Notes: generated by a model from the sequence alone, not told the origin. A DNA stretch of 38,023 bases from Octopus bimaculoides (GCF_001194135.2 NC_068989.1:70598269-70636291); one strand, 5' to 3'; positions 12,052 through 24,558 are shown, numbered from the stretch's first letter. Numbers and translations: made by a program.

Positions 12052-12107
<56 letters not shown>

Positions 12108-12425
12108 AGACTGTCTTCTTGTCTTGACATTGCCTGCGAGTTGTAAATGAGCGGCACCAACACCCAGGCAGTGTCCTTTGTTTCCAATCATCTGTGAAAA
12201 TATGTCTAGCTATGGAGCTAATATTACTTCACTTGAAAGCAGTTGAGTGTTAGCAACAGGAAAGGCATAGAGCAGTGGAAATTTTGTTTCGGTGATTCCT
12301 GCCTGACCCATACGAGCATGGAAAGGAAACATTAAAATGATAATGATAATGATTGTATGAATGAATATATAAAAAAAGGAATAGGCAAAACCAATTTAAA
12401 AAAAAAAAAGAAGAAAAGAACTTAC

Positions 12426-12583
12426 CACAAACGGCTTAAAACAAGTAACAAACATACAAAATCTACTCCGTTCCTCAATCAATGCTGTCCGCACAGCATT
12501 CTTTTCAGTCTCCTCTAGTACCAAGTATTTATCATTCACGTCTTGCAGAGCACTCTCCAGTCTACTTTGAATATCGGACTTTC
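12426..12583 (-). CDS. MTSS1: MTSS1-like exon (158 nt, phase 1 to 0): (G)KSDIQSRLESALQDVNDKYLVLEETEKNAVRTALIEERSRFCMFVTCFKPFV
   Basis: attttag acceptor and GTG|gtaagt donor. Contains the IMD motifs SALQDVNDKY and ALIEER.RF. Confidence 0.97.
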
Positions 12584-13217
12584 CTAAAATGGCCAGAGAA
12601 AGAAAGAAAGAGAAGGAAAAATATAATTTAGATTTTCTATATATGTAAAAAAAAAAAAAAAAAAAAAAAAAAGATACAAACAAAAAACATTTGATAACAA
12701 ATTATCAATTAGTCCATAATTCATGAATAAAGTTTCTTACATAAGCATGGTGGTAGTGGTGATGGTGTGGCAATTACATGAATCCCAGTACTTGACTGGT
12801 ACTTATTGACCCAGAAAGGATGAAAAGCAAAATCAACTGGGTGGGGTAAGTTGATTACATTGGACCAGTGCTCAACTGGTACTTATTTTATCAACCCCAA
12901 AAAAACACGAAAGGTAAAGTCAACCTCACAATAATAANNNNNNNNNNNNNNNNNNNNNNNNNNNNNNNNNNNNNNNNNNNNNNNATAATCCTTTCTATTA
13001 TAGGCACAAGGCCTGAAATTTATGGGGAGGGGACTAGTTGATTACATCAACCCCAGTGTTTCACTGGTTCTTAATTTATTAACCCCCAAAAGATAAAAGG
13101 CAAAGACCTTGGCGGAATTTGAACTCAGAATGTGAATGCAGTTCTATATTTAAGAGATGAGGAAGTATGTACATTATTTAAAGTTGATGAATATTTGTCC
13201 TCCTCTTGTTTGTTGTT

Positions 13218-13263
13218 AACACAACGTTTCGGCTGATATACCCTCCAGCCTTCATCAGGTGTC
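13218..13263 (-). ncRNA. Minimal type I hammerhead ribozyme motif (Penelope-like), intact core
   Basis: Minus strand reads GACAC-CUGAUGA-A-GGCUG-GAGGGUAUAU-CAGCC-GAAA-CGUU-GUGUU. Stem I is GACAC/GUGUU, stem II is 5 bp, stem III is the palindrome AACGUU, predicted cleavage after GUU. One extra A lies between the core and stem II. Confidence 0.8.
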
Positions 13264-13495
13264 TTGGGGAAACTTCGAACCTGGGTTCTCATTCCTAAGG
13301 TATTTTTCGATGTTATTATTATTATTCAGGTCACTCTCTGGAATCGAACTTGGAATCTTGGGGTTAGTAGCCTGCACTCTTAACCACTACACCATATGCC
13401 CACGGGTATATGGCGTAGACCTGAATAATGATGATAATAATAATAATATTGAAAAATACCTTAGGAATGAGAACCCAGGTTCAAAATTTCCCCAA

Positions 13496-13541
13496 GACAC
13501 CTGATGAAGGCTGGAGGGTATATCAGCTGAAACGTTGTGTT
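13496..13541 (+). ncRNA. Second copy of the same hammerhead motif (stem II closing pair changed to G-U)
   Basis: gacac ctgatga a ggctg gagggtatat cagct gaaa cgtt gtgtt. Confidence 0.72.
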
Positions 13542-14524
13542 AACAACAAACAAGATGAGGACAAATATCTGTCAAATGTAAATAATGTGAAGATGGATGA
13601 AATACCACTAAGCATTTTGTCTGGTGTGCTAATGATTAGGCTAGCTCACCACCTTAATAATAAAAATAATCTTTTCTACTATATGCACAAGGCCTGAAAT
13701 TTGGAGGGAGGGGGCTAGTCAATTAGATCAACCCCAGTATGCAACTGGTACTTAATTCATCGACCCTGAAAGGATGAAAGGCAAAGTCGACCTTGGCGGA
13801 ATTGGAACTCAGATCGTAGCAGCAGATGAAATACTGCAAAGCATTTCGCCCAGCGAGCTAACGATTCTGCCAGCTCGCCATAGTAATAATAATAACAATA
13901 ATAATGATAATAATAACATTTCTTTTTATTTTGTCACAAGGCTAACAATTTTGAAGGGCAAAGAAGTCAATTACATTACCTCCTGGTACTCAATTATTTC
14001 ATTGACCCCGAAAGGACGACAGGCAAATTTGACCTTGGCAGAAATTGAACTCAGAATGCAAAGATGGATGAAATGCCATTAAGCATTTTATCCAGTGTAC
14101 TAACATATTTGCAAGCATGCCGTGTAGTTGTGAAGTTCACTTTACAGCTATAAGTGGTTTTGGATTTGATTTCCACTTTGCAACACTGTGGTTAAATGCC
14201 TTCCAATGTAGCCTCAGGTCAAGCAATACTTTGTGAGAAAAATTTGAAAGATAGAAAATGTCCTGAAGCCTCTATGTACGTGTATTGTTAAGAAGCTGAC
14301 TTCCCAACCATTTGGCTTTGGGACCAACCCTACTACATAACACCCAGTAAAAGTTGCTGTTCAACTATAGTTGAACGACAGGGTCGAGCAATGCCTTGTG
14401 AGTGAATCTGGTAGACAACAACCATGATAACTGGTTTGGAAATAAATATTGATTAAGAAAATCATCTATTAAACATTTATTTTAAAATATCAGAATAAAA
14501 AATACAACTCTGAGTGTGTGTATC

Positions 14525-14571
<47 letters not shown>

Positions 14572-14589
14572 GTGCATGTTTGTACTGAC

Positions 14590-14664
14590 CCTTTTTCACT
14601 TTTTTCTGCAACCGTATTGTATCTGCTGCACACTTTTTAATTTCTTGACTAGCTTTTTTGTATT
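14590..14664 (-). CDS. MTSS1: MTSS1-like exon (75 nt, phase 1 to 1): (E)YKKASQEIKKCAADTIRLQKKVKK(G)
   Basis: tttctatttccag acceptor and G|gtcagt donor. Matches recalled EYKKARQEIKKKSSDTLKLQKKAKK. Confidence 0.95.
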
Positions 14665-15099
14665 CTGGAAATAGAAACAAAGAGTGTTAGAACCATATTG
14701 TTTGAAAGTAAGACACATTACAAGAGAGCTGATATAGATATTATGAGAATGATTTAGGTATCAACAGCAGATGCTTAGAGAAATGGTCAGATTTATTTTC
14801 AGGATCCGTAAACTGCCAAGCCTAAAAAACAAAAAATGTAATCGACTCCACAGTTGGAGAGAAAATAGTAGAGCATTAGCGTATTGTAAAACTGAAGAAT
14901 CCACTTCTTTCTTAATAAAAATTCCATTAACAGTAAATTTTATATGCATAGGCATAGCTGTACTGACCATGTAGTTTGAGGTTCAATCCAACTGTGTGAC
15001 ACCTTGGACAAGTATCTTTTACTATAGCTCCAGGCCAACCAAAGCTATATGAGCTAATTTGGTGGACAGAAATATAAAGAAACCTGCATGAATGTATGC

Positions 15100-15143
<44 letters not shown>

Positions 15144-15324
15144 GTCTTTTTGTCTTGATAGTGTGTGGTAGTTGTAAATGAGTATCACTGTCATGTAAGT
15201 AGTGTCCTTCATTTCCAGGCTTCTGGGCATAAAGAAATATTACCTTACATGCAAACAGGTGAGGGTTGACTATAACAAGGACACCTGGCCATAGAAAATC
15301 TACCTCAACAAATTCCATACAAGC

Positions 15325-15934
15325 ATAGTACAAACATCCAGTCAACATCATAGTGTTTAGAGTGATCACTAGTGATGGCGACATTATGCCTCCATTCATC
15401 TTTCCACATGGCCTCAGACTCAACATGGAGGCCTACATCAAGTGCCTGGAGGAGGTAGTGCTGCCCTGGGTCAAGAGAGTGGCTGCTGGAAGACCCTATG
15501 TCTGGCAACAAGACTCTGCACCATGCCTCACAAGCAGAAGAACCCAGTCATGGCTGTCAGACAATTCTGCGACCACATCACCCCTAACATCTAGCCACCT
15601 AACTCCCCAGACTGCAACCCCCTTGATTATTATGTATGTGGCACAGTTGAGCGAGCGACCAACAAAACTCCTTATAACACCAAAGATGAATTGAAGGCAA
15701 GGATTATGGCAGCATTCACCAATTTAAACAAGGAGATTGTCCAGAAGAGTTGTAGGAGATTCCGAAGTCATCTGGAGGCTGTGGTTGAAGCCAATGGCGA
15801 TTTTATTGAATAAATTTACTCTTTTGTATTTCAAGATATTTTTATGCAATTTTGGTAAATATATCTGTTACAATGAGATGTCAGTGTTATTTTCATTTTT
15901 GCATAATTTAGATAACAATTTATTCACCACACCC

Positions 15935-15936
<2 letters not shown>
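15325..15936 (+). mobile_element. 3' part of the same DD37D element, with right terminus and TA
   Basis: VITSDGDIMPPFIFPHGLRLNMEAYIKCLEEVVLPWVKRVAAGRPYVWQQDSAPC, then a frameshift. Ends ttattcaccacaccctg|ta. Confidence 0.88.
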
Positions 15937-15973
<37 letters not shown>

Positions 15974-16215
15974 ACACACACATATATACACATAAAATCT
16001 ACTTTTTACAATCTATTTGTCACATAATTTATTTTTATCTATGTTGATTGAGATAGTTAAGTAGAGTACAATTGTGTGACTTAATTAAGAGCGGAATATA
16101 ATACCAAATGTAGGGTTTGAAATCATGACTTTTGAATCACTATCCCAAGGCAGTGAGCAATCAATCAATCAATCAATCAACCATTCAATTAATCAATATG
16201 TGAAAATAAATATAC

Positions 16216-16307
16216 CTTTTGCATGTTCTTTGTCCAAATGTGCCACATTACGTTTCCACTCTTCCATCTTCTCTTGTAAAGGTGCAACAAGATTTTCAGT
16301 TATAGTA
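16216..16307 (-). CDS. MTSS1: MTSS1-like exon (92 nt, phase 2 to 1): TITENLVAPLQEKMEEWKRNVAHLDKEHAK
   Basis: Not shown in the ORF track; found by reading the minus strand. ctttttttacag-type acceptor (AG at 16309-16308) and AG|gtata donor. Matches recalled LINPLQEQMEEWKKVANQLDKDHAK. Confidence 0.95.
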
Positions 16308-17089
16308 CTGTAAAAAAGATGAAGTTTAAACATTAGAGACACATGTATTCACAGAAAAACTGAACTTTAAGCATAGCAAGATGTAATGAGACAAAAAAAT
16401 GGTAATACACAGTTTTGGTATCAGAACCAGTTCATGAAAGCACTGAATATTATCTTTGAGTTGATTCAGTCATTAGAGTGCAGCCATGCAAGGGCACTGC
16501 CGTGAAGGATTTTTTCAGTTGAATGAATTGACCCCATTACTTATTTTCTAAGCCTGGTACTTATACTATTGGTCTCTTTTGCCAAACTGCTAAGTCACAG
16601 GGACATAAACACACCAACACTGGCTGTCATGCAATGATGGGGGACAAAGAAACACAGAGACACAGTTTCAGTGTCTGTCTACCAAATGCTACTGAGTCAT
16701 CTTCATGAGCTACCCTGAAAGTGCTGGGAGTAAGGACCAGTTCTTAAGGTACAGTGAGATGTAAACATGACACTGTACATGAAAAAGAGGGACCACAACA
16801 ACTGTAACACTTACAGAAGCATCTCCCTGCTCAATATCATGTGCAAGGTTTTTCTTTGCTGAAGTAGTTCTAAAGAGGCTACAAGCACTTGTAGAGTGTA
16901 TCTACCATGAGCCCCAGGGTAAAGAAAGACTTGGGAGTTCAATTTTCCAGTGCTATATTCAAAGCATAACTGTGCCAAGGTGAGAAGTGTGATGGCCTGT
17001 TTGATTGCACGGGGGGAGGTCAGTGTCACAGTCTATTGTGGTACACCTTGAGCCCTTCTTTCAGTGAATGTGTAAATGGTGATATAGCT

Positions 17090-17817
17090 AGTAGAGGGAA
17101 CCATGAGGTAGAATGTCAACTCAGAACAGGAAGAACTGAAACAAATACCAAAAATTGTATTTTGTCCGACATTCTAAGAATTCTGCCAATCTGTTACATT
17201 ATTTATCGACTCTGAAACAACAAAAGGTAAAGTTGACATTAGTGGGATTTGAACTCAGAGAGCAAAGAGCCACAACAAACATTACAAACTGTTCTATTCA
17301 ATAATCTAATGACTGCAAATTCACCACTTTTCCATTATTTGCATCATTAACATTGATCTCTGATTTAGGCAGAAGGGCCAGAAATTTTTAAGGAAGTGGG
17401 TTAATCAATACCATCAAACCCATTTACTTAAAAATGGTCCTTTGTTTCGCTGACCCCTGAAAGAACAAAGGGTAAAGTTGACCTCAACGGGATTTGAAAT
17501 CAGAATGTAAAGAGTTGGAAGAAACACTGTAAAGTTTTTCTTTTCTAATTCTCAAACAATTCTGCCAACTTGTTGGTCTAATATGTCAGAATAATTAATA
17601 TAGGTTTCAAATTTTGGTACAAGGCCAGCAATTTCAGGGGAGGGGTAAGTTGATTACATCAACCCCAGTGGTTAACTGATATCTATTTAATCAACCCTGA
17701 AAGAATGAAATGCAAAGTCAACCCCAGTAGAATTTGAACTTAGAATGTAAAGACAGACAAAATGCTGCTAAGCATTTTGCCTGGCATGCTTATGATTCTG
17801 CCAGCTCGCTGCCTTAA
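17090..17817 (-). mobile_element. Three family-A SINE copies
   Basis: Best copy at ~17600-17817: ggtttcaaattttggtacaaggcc...ctgccagctcgctgcctt. Confidence 0.75.
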
Positions 17818-18353
17818 TCTGTGTAATTGATATTAAAGTAGAATATATACCAATAAGAAATGATCTGATAATCTTTTTTCGAATTAATTAGCAAAACATA
17901 AATAAATGAGTAATAATTAAATGAAAACCAACAACACAGACATCAAATAAATAAATAAAAGATAAAGTTTAATGATGACTGAATGATAAAGATGTTCATA
18001 CTAATGATGTTTGTGATAAAATTAGAAGAAGAAAAAAACAAACTAACCAAAAATATATAGAAAAATTCTAAAGAAAACCGAACAACAGCCATCATTAAGT
18101 TATGTAATAAATGTTACTTATATGATAAATATAATGTGTGTGTGAGAGATAGAGAGAGAGAGTGTGTGTGTTGTGCGTGTGAGAAACAAATGTTAATTGC
18201 TGATGAAAAATATTGAAGTAATTTTGCCAAAGAATTCTTTAAAAAAATCTTATAGATAAATAAAATAACATTTAGCAGTCTCCATGAGATGTTGAAACTG
18301 CTAAGAGCAACGACCAAACCATCCTCAGATCAAATGCTAGCATTTAAATAGTG

Positions 18354-18388
<35 letters not shown>

Positions 18389-19135
18389 GGCTACCATGAC
18401 TGGAGGTGCTGTCGATCAAACTTGCTTGATCAGGGCTAACCCGGGGTTAAACAACAACTGCAGTAACAGCCACAGAAACACAGACACTAAGAGCTTGTTC
18501 TTTTACTAGTTTCAGTCATTGGATAGCAGCCATGCTGGAACACTGCATTTTATGATTTTAATCAATTACATTGACCTCATTATTCTATTGGACCCCTACC
18601 AGAAGAATGAGAAGCAAAGTATACCTCAGCTGGATTTGAACTATGAACATAAAAAGATATAACCAGTTACAAAATGTTTTGTTTGGTGTTCTACCAATTC
18701 TAACATCTACCTGTGATGCCAAAGTATAATTTAAAAATAAAACAAAAGAAGCACAGGTAGGAGAAAAGTGCACCTGGTTACAAGTAGGCTGTGATTAGAG
18801 TAATAACATATCTATTCATTCTTTATACATTCTGGTAGATTTTCAACATGAATGATAGGCTGATCACTGATGTCATTTGTCATTGAAGAATGTCTCCTAT
18901 GTTTAGACAATGTGTCTCCACAACATGCAATTCATGGATGTAAGGGGGCTTTAAATCACTGCAGTGTTTTGACCTTGTTGTTTGTCACTTCAGTCAAAGC
19001 TAACTCCATATTAATAGGCCTAAGAAGATTATTGGCTCTTGTTTATAGAAATCAGCAAATTGTTTGCTGTCTGCCAAACTGATATTAATTCATGAAGCAT
19101 ATTGAAGAATGGTAAGAATCTAAGCATTAATGAAT

Positions 19136-19455
19136 GGCACTCCACTGATTACGATGACGAGGGTCCCAGTTGATCCAGCCAATGGAACAGTCTGCTCATG
19201 AAATCAACGTGCAAGTTGCTGAGCACTCCACAGACGTGTACCCTTAATGTAGTTCTCAGGGAGATCCAGCGTGACACAGGATGTGACAAGGCTGGTCCTT
19301 TGAAATACAGGCATTATTCATTTTTGCCAGCTGAGTGGATTGGAGCAACATGAAATAAAGTGTCTTGCTCAAGAACACAACGTGCTGCCAGGAATTGAAC
19401 TCACGACCTTACAATCATTAACCAAATACCGCTCACTCCTAAGCCATGCACCTTC
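19136..19455 (-). mobile_element. Family-C tRNA CORE-type SINE
   Basis: Minus head with gtgagttcaattcc B-box and cttgagcaagacactt core. Related copies at ~20410-20735, 21905-22245, 25865-26025, 32870-33175 and 33660-33930. Confidence 0.8.
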
Positions 19456-19682
19456 ACAATAATGTATCTATTTATTATCAATATATTCTGGCAGATTTGA
19501 GCACTCCACAGACATGTGTACCCATAACATAGTTCTCAGGGAGATTCAGTGTGACAAGGCTATATATACATTATGTTCAATAATATATCTGTTCATTATC
19601 AATATATTCCGGCAGATTCTAACACAAATATGCTGATTGCCATTGTTTGTCATCATTGGAAAACATTTTTTCCCCTTTGGAT

Positions 19683-19932
19683 CAGTGGTTCTCAACCATT
19701 TTTTGTCTATGGAACCCTTTGATTCCTATTTTACTCTACCGGACCTCCATAGCCATTTGATTTGTATAAAAGAACTCCAACTGTATTTTTATAATTAAAT
19801 ATTATCAGGAATTATATCAAAAAATTAAAATATTTTGTGTATTGTATAAGCAATTTATGGCACATACATTTTAACAACAAAACCTTATATGAATCCACAA
19901 GGGCCATATAAGAACCCAGCTGAGAACCACAG
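19683..19932. mobile_element. hAT (Charlie/MER5-like) MITE
   Basis: Terminal inverted repeats cagtggttctcaac / gctgagaaccacag. The 8-bp flanks ctttggat / ttttagat match at 6 of 8 positions. Confidence 0.75.
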
Positions 19933-20029
19933 TTTTAGATGAGGTGTGTTTATAACATACATAATTCACTGATGTTAGAGGACTTTGACACCCAAGTGTT
20001 TCAACCTTATTGTGTGCTTCCTTAGTTAA

Positions 20030-20220
20030 AGCTACTTCCCAGATCACTTAATTAAAAAAGAGTAATGGTTTGTGTTTATAGAAATCAGCAAACAAACTAT
20101 TTGTTGATGTATGTTGACATCTGGTAAACTGATAATCATTCATGAGGTTTCTACCTGTTCTGTGTGCATTTCATGAATTACTATAATCAGAGGTAAAAAC
20201 AAAAACAGCTGCTGTATTAG
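20030..20220. repeat. Unclassified ~190-bp dispersed repeat; inverted copy at 23998-24181, partial copy near 19035-19100
   Basis: tttatagaaatcagcaaacaaactatttg...aacagctgctgtattag is the reverse complement of ctaatacagcagctg...gctgatttctataaac. Confidence 0.8.
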
Positions 20221-20917
20221 AAAGAAAACCTTCCAAACACACAGCCATGCCTACATCTTAAGAAAAACACACACACAAAAAAAAAGGGAATCCTACAGTT
20301 TTGGTGACAATTGTTTTACAACTAACGTGATGTGAGACAAAGAGAGACAAACCTGCCTGCACTCACACATACATACGTACGTATATATATATATACATAC
20401 ATATATAAAAGACCCCCTTCGGTCATGAATGACCATGAGATTGTACCTAGAAAGTTCCCCTTTGAGGCACAAGTCTGAGCAAAGTTGTTTATGGAAGACC
20501 AGCAGTCATCCATGCATACCAGACTCCCCTATCCATGCCACTGATGTTATTCAAGGGAAAGGCAAAGACCAATACAGCTTGGCACCAGTGACATCGCAAC
20601 TCATTTCTACAGCTGAGTGAACTGGAGTAACATGAAAATAAAGTGTCTTGCTCAAGAACGCAACACACAGCCCAGTCCAGGAAACGAACCTCATGATTGT
20701 GAGCCCAACTCTCTAAGCACTGAGTGATGCACTTTCACACACACACACATATACAATGGGCCTCTTTCAGTTTCCATTTAACAAATTCAGTCATAAGGGT
20801 TTGGTCAGTCCTGTGCTATAGTGGAAGGCACTTGCCCAAGGTTCTACACAGTGGGATTTGAACCATGTGGTTGGGAAGCAAACTTCTTACCACACAGCCA
20901 TGCCTGCACCTCTCTCT

Positions 20918-20953
<36 letters not shown>

Positions 20954-21073
20954 AAGACCATATATATATGAGTGGTTGGCGTTAGGAAGGGCATCCAGCT
21001 GTAGAAACTCTGCCAAATCAGACTGGAGCCTGGTGTTGCCATCCGGTTTCACCAGTCCTCAGTNNNNNNNNNN

Positions 21074-21116
<43 letters not shown>

Positions 21117-24100
21117 TAGAAAGCAGAGGCATGTCAATGCTGTTAACATATCAGTAAATAGTTTCCCAGCATATATGATGTAAACATATAGTTGTGTTAA
21201 TGTGAATGCAGTGTTTAGTCTTTATATATTAAAAAAAAAGCGATGTATGAAGAAGGTGGCAGCCTATAATAGCTAACACACAGACCGAATGAGATAGGCA
21301 GTAACAACAGCTATTCTAGTGTAGGGTATATACCGCTTGGCTGGTTTCTGGAAGTTAGCTATGTTTTGGTTTTCTTCTTCTTCCCAAAACTTTTGAATTA
21401 GTTAACCATCTGTTTAGAAATATATTTTGTTTTACCTATTTTTAAAGAATTACAGCAACATTTACTTCAAATATAGGTACGGCTATCTATCTATCTCTCT
21501 CTCTCTATATATATATGCAGTATATATATTCCTAAACAGATGTTTAACTGGTTCAAAGGAATTGAAGGAATCAGCTGAGCGACACCCTTTTGCTACCATG
21601 TTTCTTTCTAAGGAAATGCGCAGGTTTCATTGTTGTCATCATTATCTTCCATCGTTGTTTAATGGCTTGGATGAAATTTGATGAGATAGATTTTTTCAAT
21701 GGCTGAATGCTCTTCCTGCTGACTACCCTCATTTATTTCCAAAGTAAAATAGTATCTTCCCATGGCCAGATATGTTTATACTGAATATTAGAAATTAACA
21801 ACACTGCTTGTATGACAGTGACTCTCGTTGACAACTATCACACAGTACCAAGATAAGGAGATACATACATGCAGTCACATATATGCCCTGATACACACAC
21901 ACATAAAGGTAAAGTCCCCCTTTTGGTCATGAATGACCATGAGATTGCACCTAGAAAGTTCCCCTCCAAGGTACAAGACTGGGCAAGATTGTTTATGGAA
22001 GACCAGCAGTCACCCATGCATACCAACCTTCCCTCTCCATACCACCGATGTTATCCAAAGGAAAGGCAAAGGCCAATAAAGCAATGCACCAGTGATGTCA
22101 CAACTCATTTTTTACAGATGAGTGAACTGGAGCAATGAGAAATAAAGTATCTTGCTCAAGAACATAACACAGAGCCCAGTCCAGGAATTGAACTCACCAC
22201 CTCATGCTTGTGAGTCTGATGCTCTAACCACTGAGCCATGTGCCTTCACATAAAACACACAAGGGCTTCTTTCAGTTTCATCTACTGAATCCACTCACAA
22301 GGATTTGGTCATCTCAGGACCATAGTAAAAGACACTTGCCCAATATGCCACACAGTGGGAGACTGAACCCAAAGCCATGTTGTTGGGAATTAAACTTCCT
22401 AGCCACACAGCCAACTACTGTACAAAATTAGCTTCCTATGTTTGATGAAAATAATCCCTTTTTCTTTTGTTTTGGCATCTTTTTTTCAAAACATACAAAG
22501 GAAGTATTTGTAAAATGTTGTTCAGTAAATGGGGTACTGTATTAGACTAAGAACCTCTGGTCTAGACTATATCATGTTATCTAAGACACACACATAAAAA
22601 TCCTAAATCAATAGACCCTTAGTCTGTAACTGAAACCCAAATTTTCAGTGCCATATCTCAGTACCAAAGTGCTGATGTCTTTCATTTCATTATGTTCCCT
22701 AAGGATATCTCTTTCTCAGACACACAAAACACATTTATTCTAAGACTTGCAGTAAATCTACCACTTATCAACCAATAAGCTTTGTTGTTGGATTATTCTT
22801 TGGAATTTCATTTACTATTTTGCAAATAAATAATTGATTCTATGCATATGTATATATGTCTGCGTGTAAACTTTCTTACAGAGGCCAGCAAGCTAGGGAG
22901 CTGCACCAGACTCCAGTCTGATTTGACAAGGTGTCTATGCCTGGATGCCCTTCCTAATGCTAACTACTTTACAGAGCATGCTGAATGCTTTCATGTGGCA
23001 CTGCACAGGTACTTTTACGTTGCACCACCACAAGTGCTTTACACCACCAGCAAGAGCAATCTTAACACTTCTGCTGTGGGGTATGGGTCTTCTTGAGTAC
23101 AGTCAGGTACCTGGTATCTCGGTCCTTTGTCATCTCACTTGAACGGTTCAGCTTCATCAGCACTTTACCCCATATATATATATATATATATATATATTTT
23201 ATTAATAATCAGCAGGAGTGACTCAAGGGCCAAGAGTTTTGTGTATTGGCACTAATACCAAACATATATATGTGTATGTGTGTNNNNNNNNNNNNNNNNN
23301 NNNNNNNNNNNNNNNNNNNNNNNNNNNNNNNNNNNNNNNNNNNNNNNNNNNNNNNNNNNNNNNNNNNNNNNNNNNNNNNNNNNNNNNNNNNNNNNNNNNN
23401 NNNNNNNNNNNNNNNNNNNNNNNNNNNNNNNNNNNNNNNNNNNNNNNNNNNNNNNNNNNNNNNNNNNNNNNNNNNNNNNNNNNNNNNNNNNNNNNNNNNN
23501 NNNNNNNNNNNNNNNNNNNNNNNNNNNNNNNNNNNNNNNNNNNNNNNNNNNNNNNNNNNNNNNNNNNNNNNNNNNNNNNNNNNNNNNNNNNNNNNNNNNN
23601 NNNNNNNNNNNNNNNNNNNNNNNNNNNNNNNNNNNNATATATATATATATATATCTGACTGGTTTCTATGTATTTTCTATTTACTAAATTCACTCACAAG
23701 ATATTGGACTGCCTAGGGCTATATCAGAAGACACTTGCCATGGGTGGCTTGCAGTAGGACTGAACCTGAAATCACACTGTTGCAAAGCAAGTGTCTTAAC
23801 CACACTACCATATTTATTATATTTATTTACTTACCTGTGCCTCTGTTATTGATGTTAGTCGTCCCTAAACATTACCTCTCCCTCCTTGATTCTTATAGCT
23901 TCCATTATGGTTACCAAAATTGTTTTTTTACTTTTCTGTGTGTGTATGTGTTTTTCTTAAGGTGCAAACATGACTGTATGGTTGGAAGGTTAACTTCCTA
24001 ATACAGCAGCTGTTTTTATCTCTGATTATAGAAATTCATGACATGCACACAGAACGTGCAGAAGCCTCATGAATTATTATCAGTTTACCAGACATCAGCA

Positions 24101-24558
24101 ATGCATTGGCAAATAGTTTGTTTGCTGATTTCTATAAACACAAGCCAATACTCGTTTTAGATTAATTGATCTGGGAAGTAGTATTACTCATTTCCAATAT
24201 TCTACAAGAACATATCTGGTCTGAGGGATATAGGGGTATATTACCTCGTTTGGAAACAGGAGAAGGTTAACAACAGGAAGGGCATCTGACCATAAAAATT
24301 TGTCACAATAAACTTTGTCCAACCAATACAATCATGGAAAAGTGCAAGTTAAAATGTAATGTATGTATGTGTATAAGTGTGTGTGTGTATGCACGCGCGC
24401 ATGTATGTATGTATGTATGTATGTATGCATGCATTCTTTCTCTTTTTTCTCTTTTAATTTAGAGGAAAGTTTGACTGGCCACCGACTTGGTAATAAGGTT
24501 GTGAAGGAATGTATGTTGTTTTAACCATCATCCTTTAAATCTTAAGGTGCAGCAAATT

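Larger units (their letters stand above)
13137..13583. mobile_element. Head-to-head inverted dimer of a tRNA-headed, hammerhead-bearing SINE
   Basis: The minus copy starts at 13401 (GGGCATATGGTGTAGTGG A-box, GTTCGATTCC B-box). The plus copy starts at 13404 with most of its head deleted. The pair is flanked by aatgtgaa at 13129-13136 and 13584-13591, inside an older SINE. Confidence 0.8.
12770..14120 (-). mobile_element. Chain of ~5 family-A SINEs, one interrupted by the hammerhead-SINE dimer
   Basis: Repeated core and head blocks separated by (AAT)n. Boundaries approximate. Confidence 0.75.

Noticed and set aside
13330-13401. tRNA gene
   Set aside because: A and B boxes are present but there is no acceptor stem. 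It continues into the SINE body, so it is a SINE head.
16815-16901. Open frame ending in a gtaagt donor on the minus strand
   Set aside because: No convincing acceptor and no homology. The flanking MTSS1 exons already join as expected.
23835-23864. Possible 30-nt exon (tttag|...CAG|gtaagt, minus strand)
   Set aside because: Weak pyrimidine tract, and in the required phase 2 it reads GAC GAC TAA (stop).
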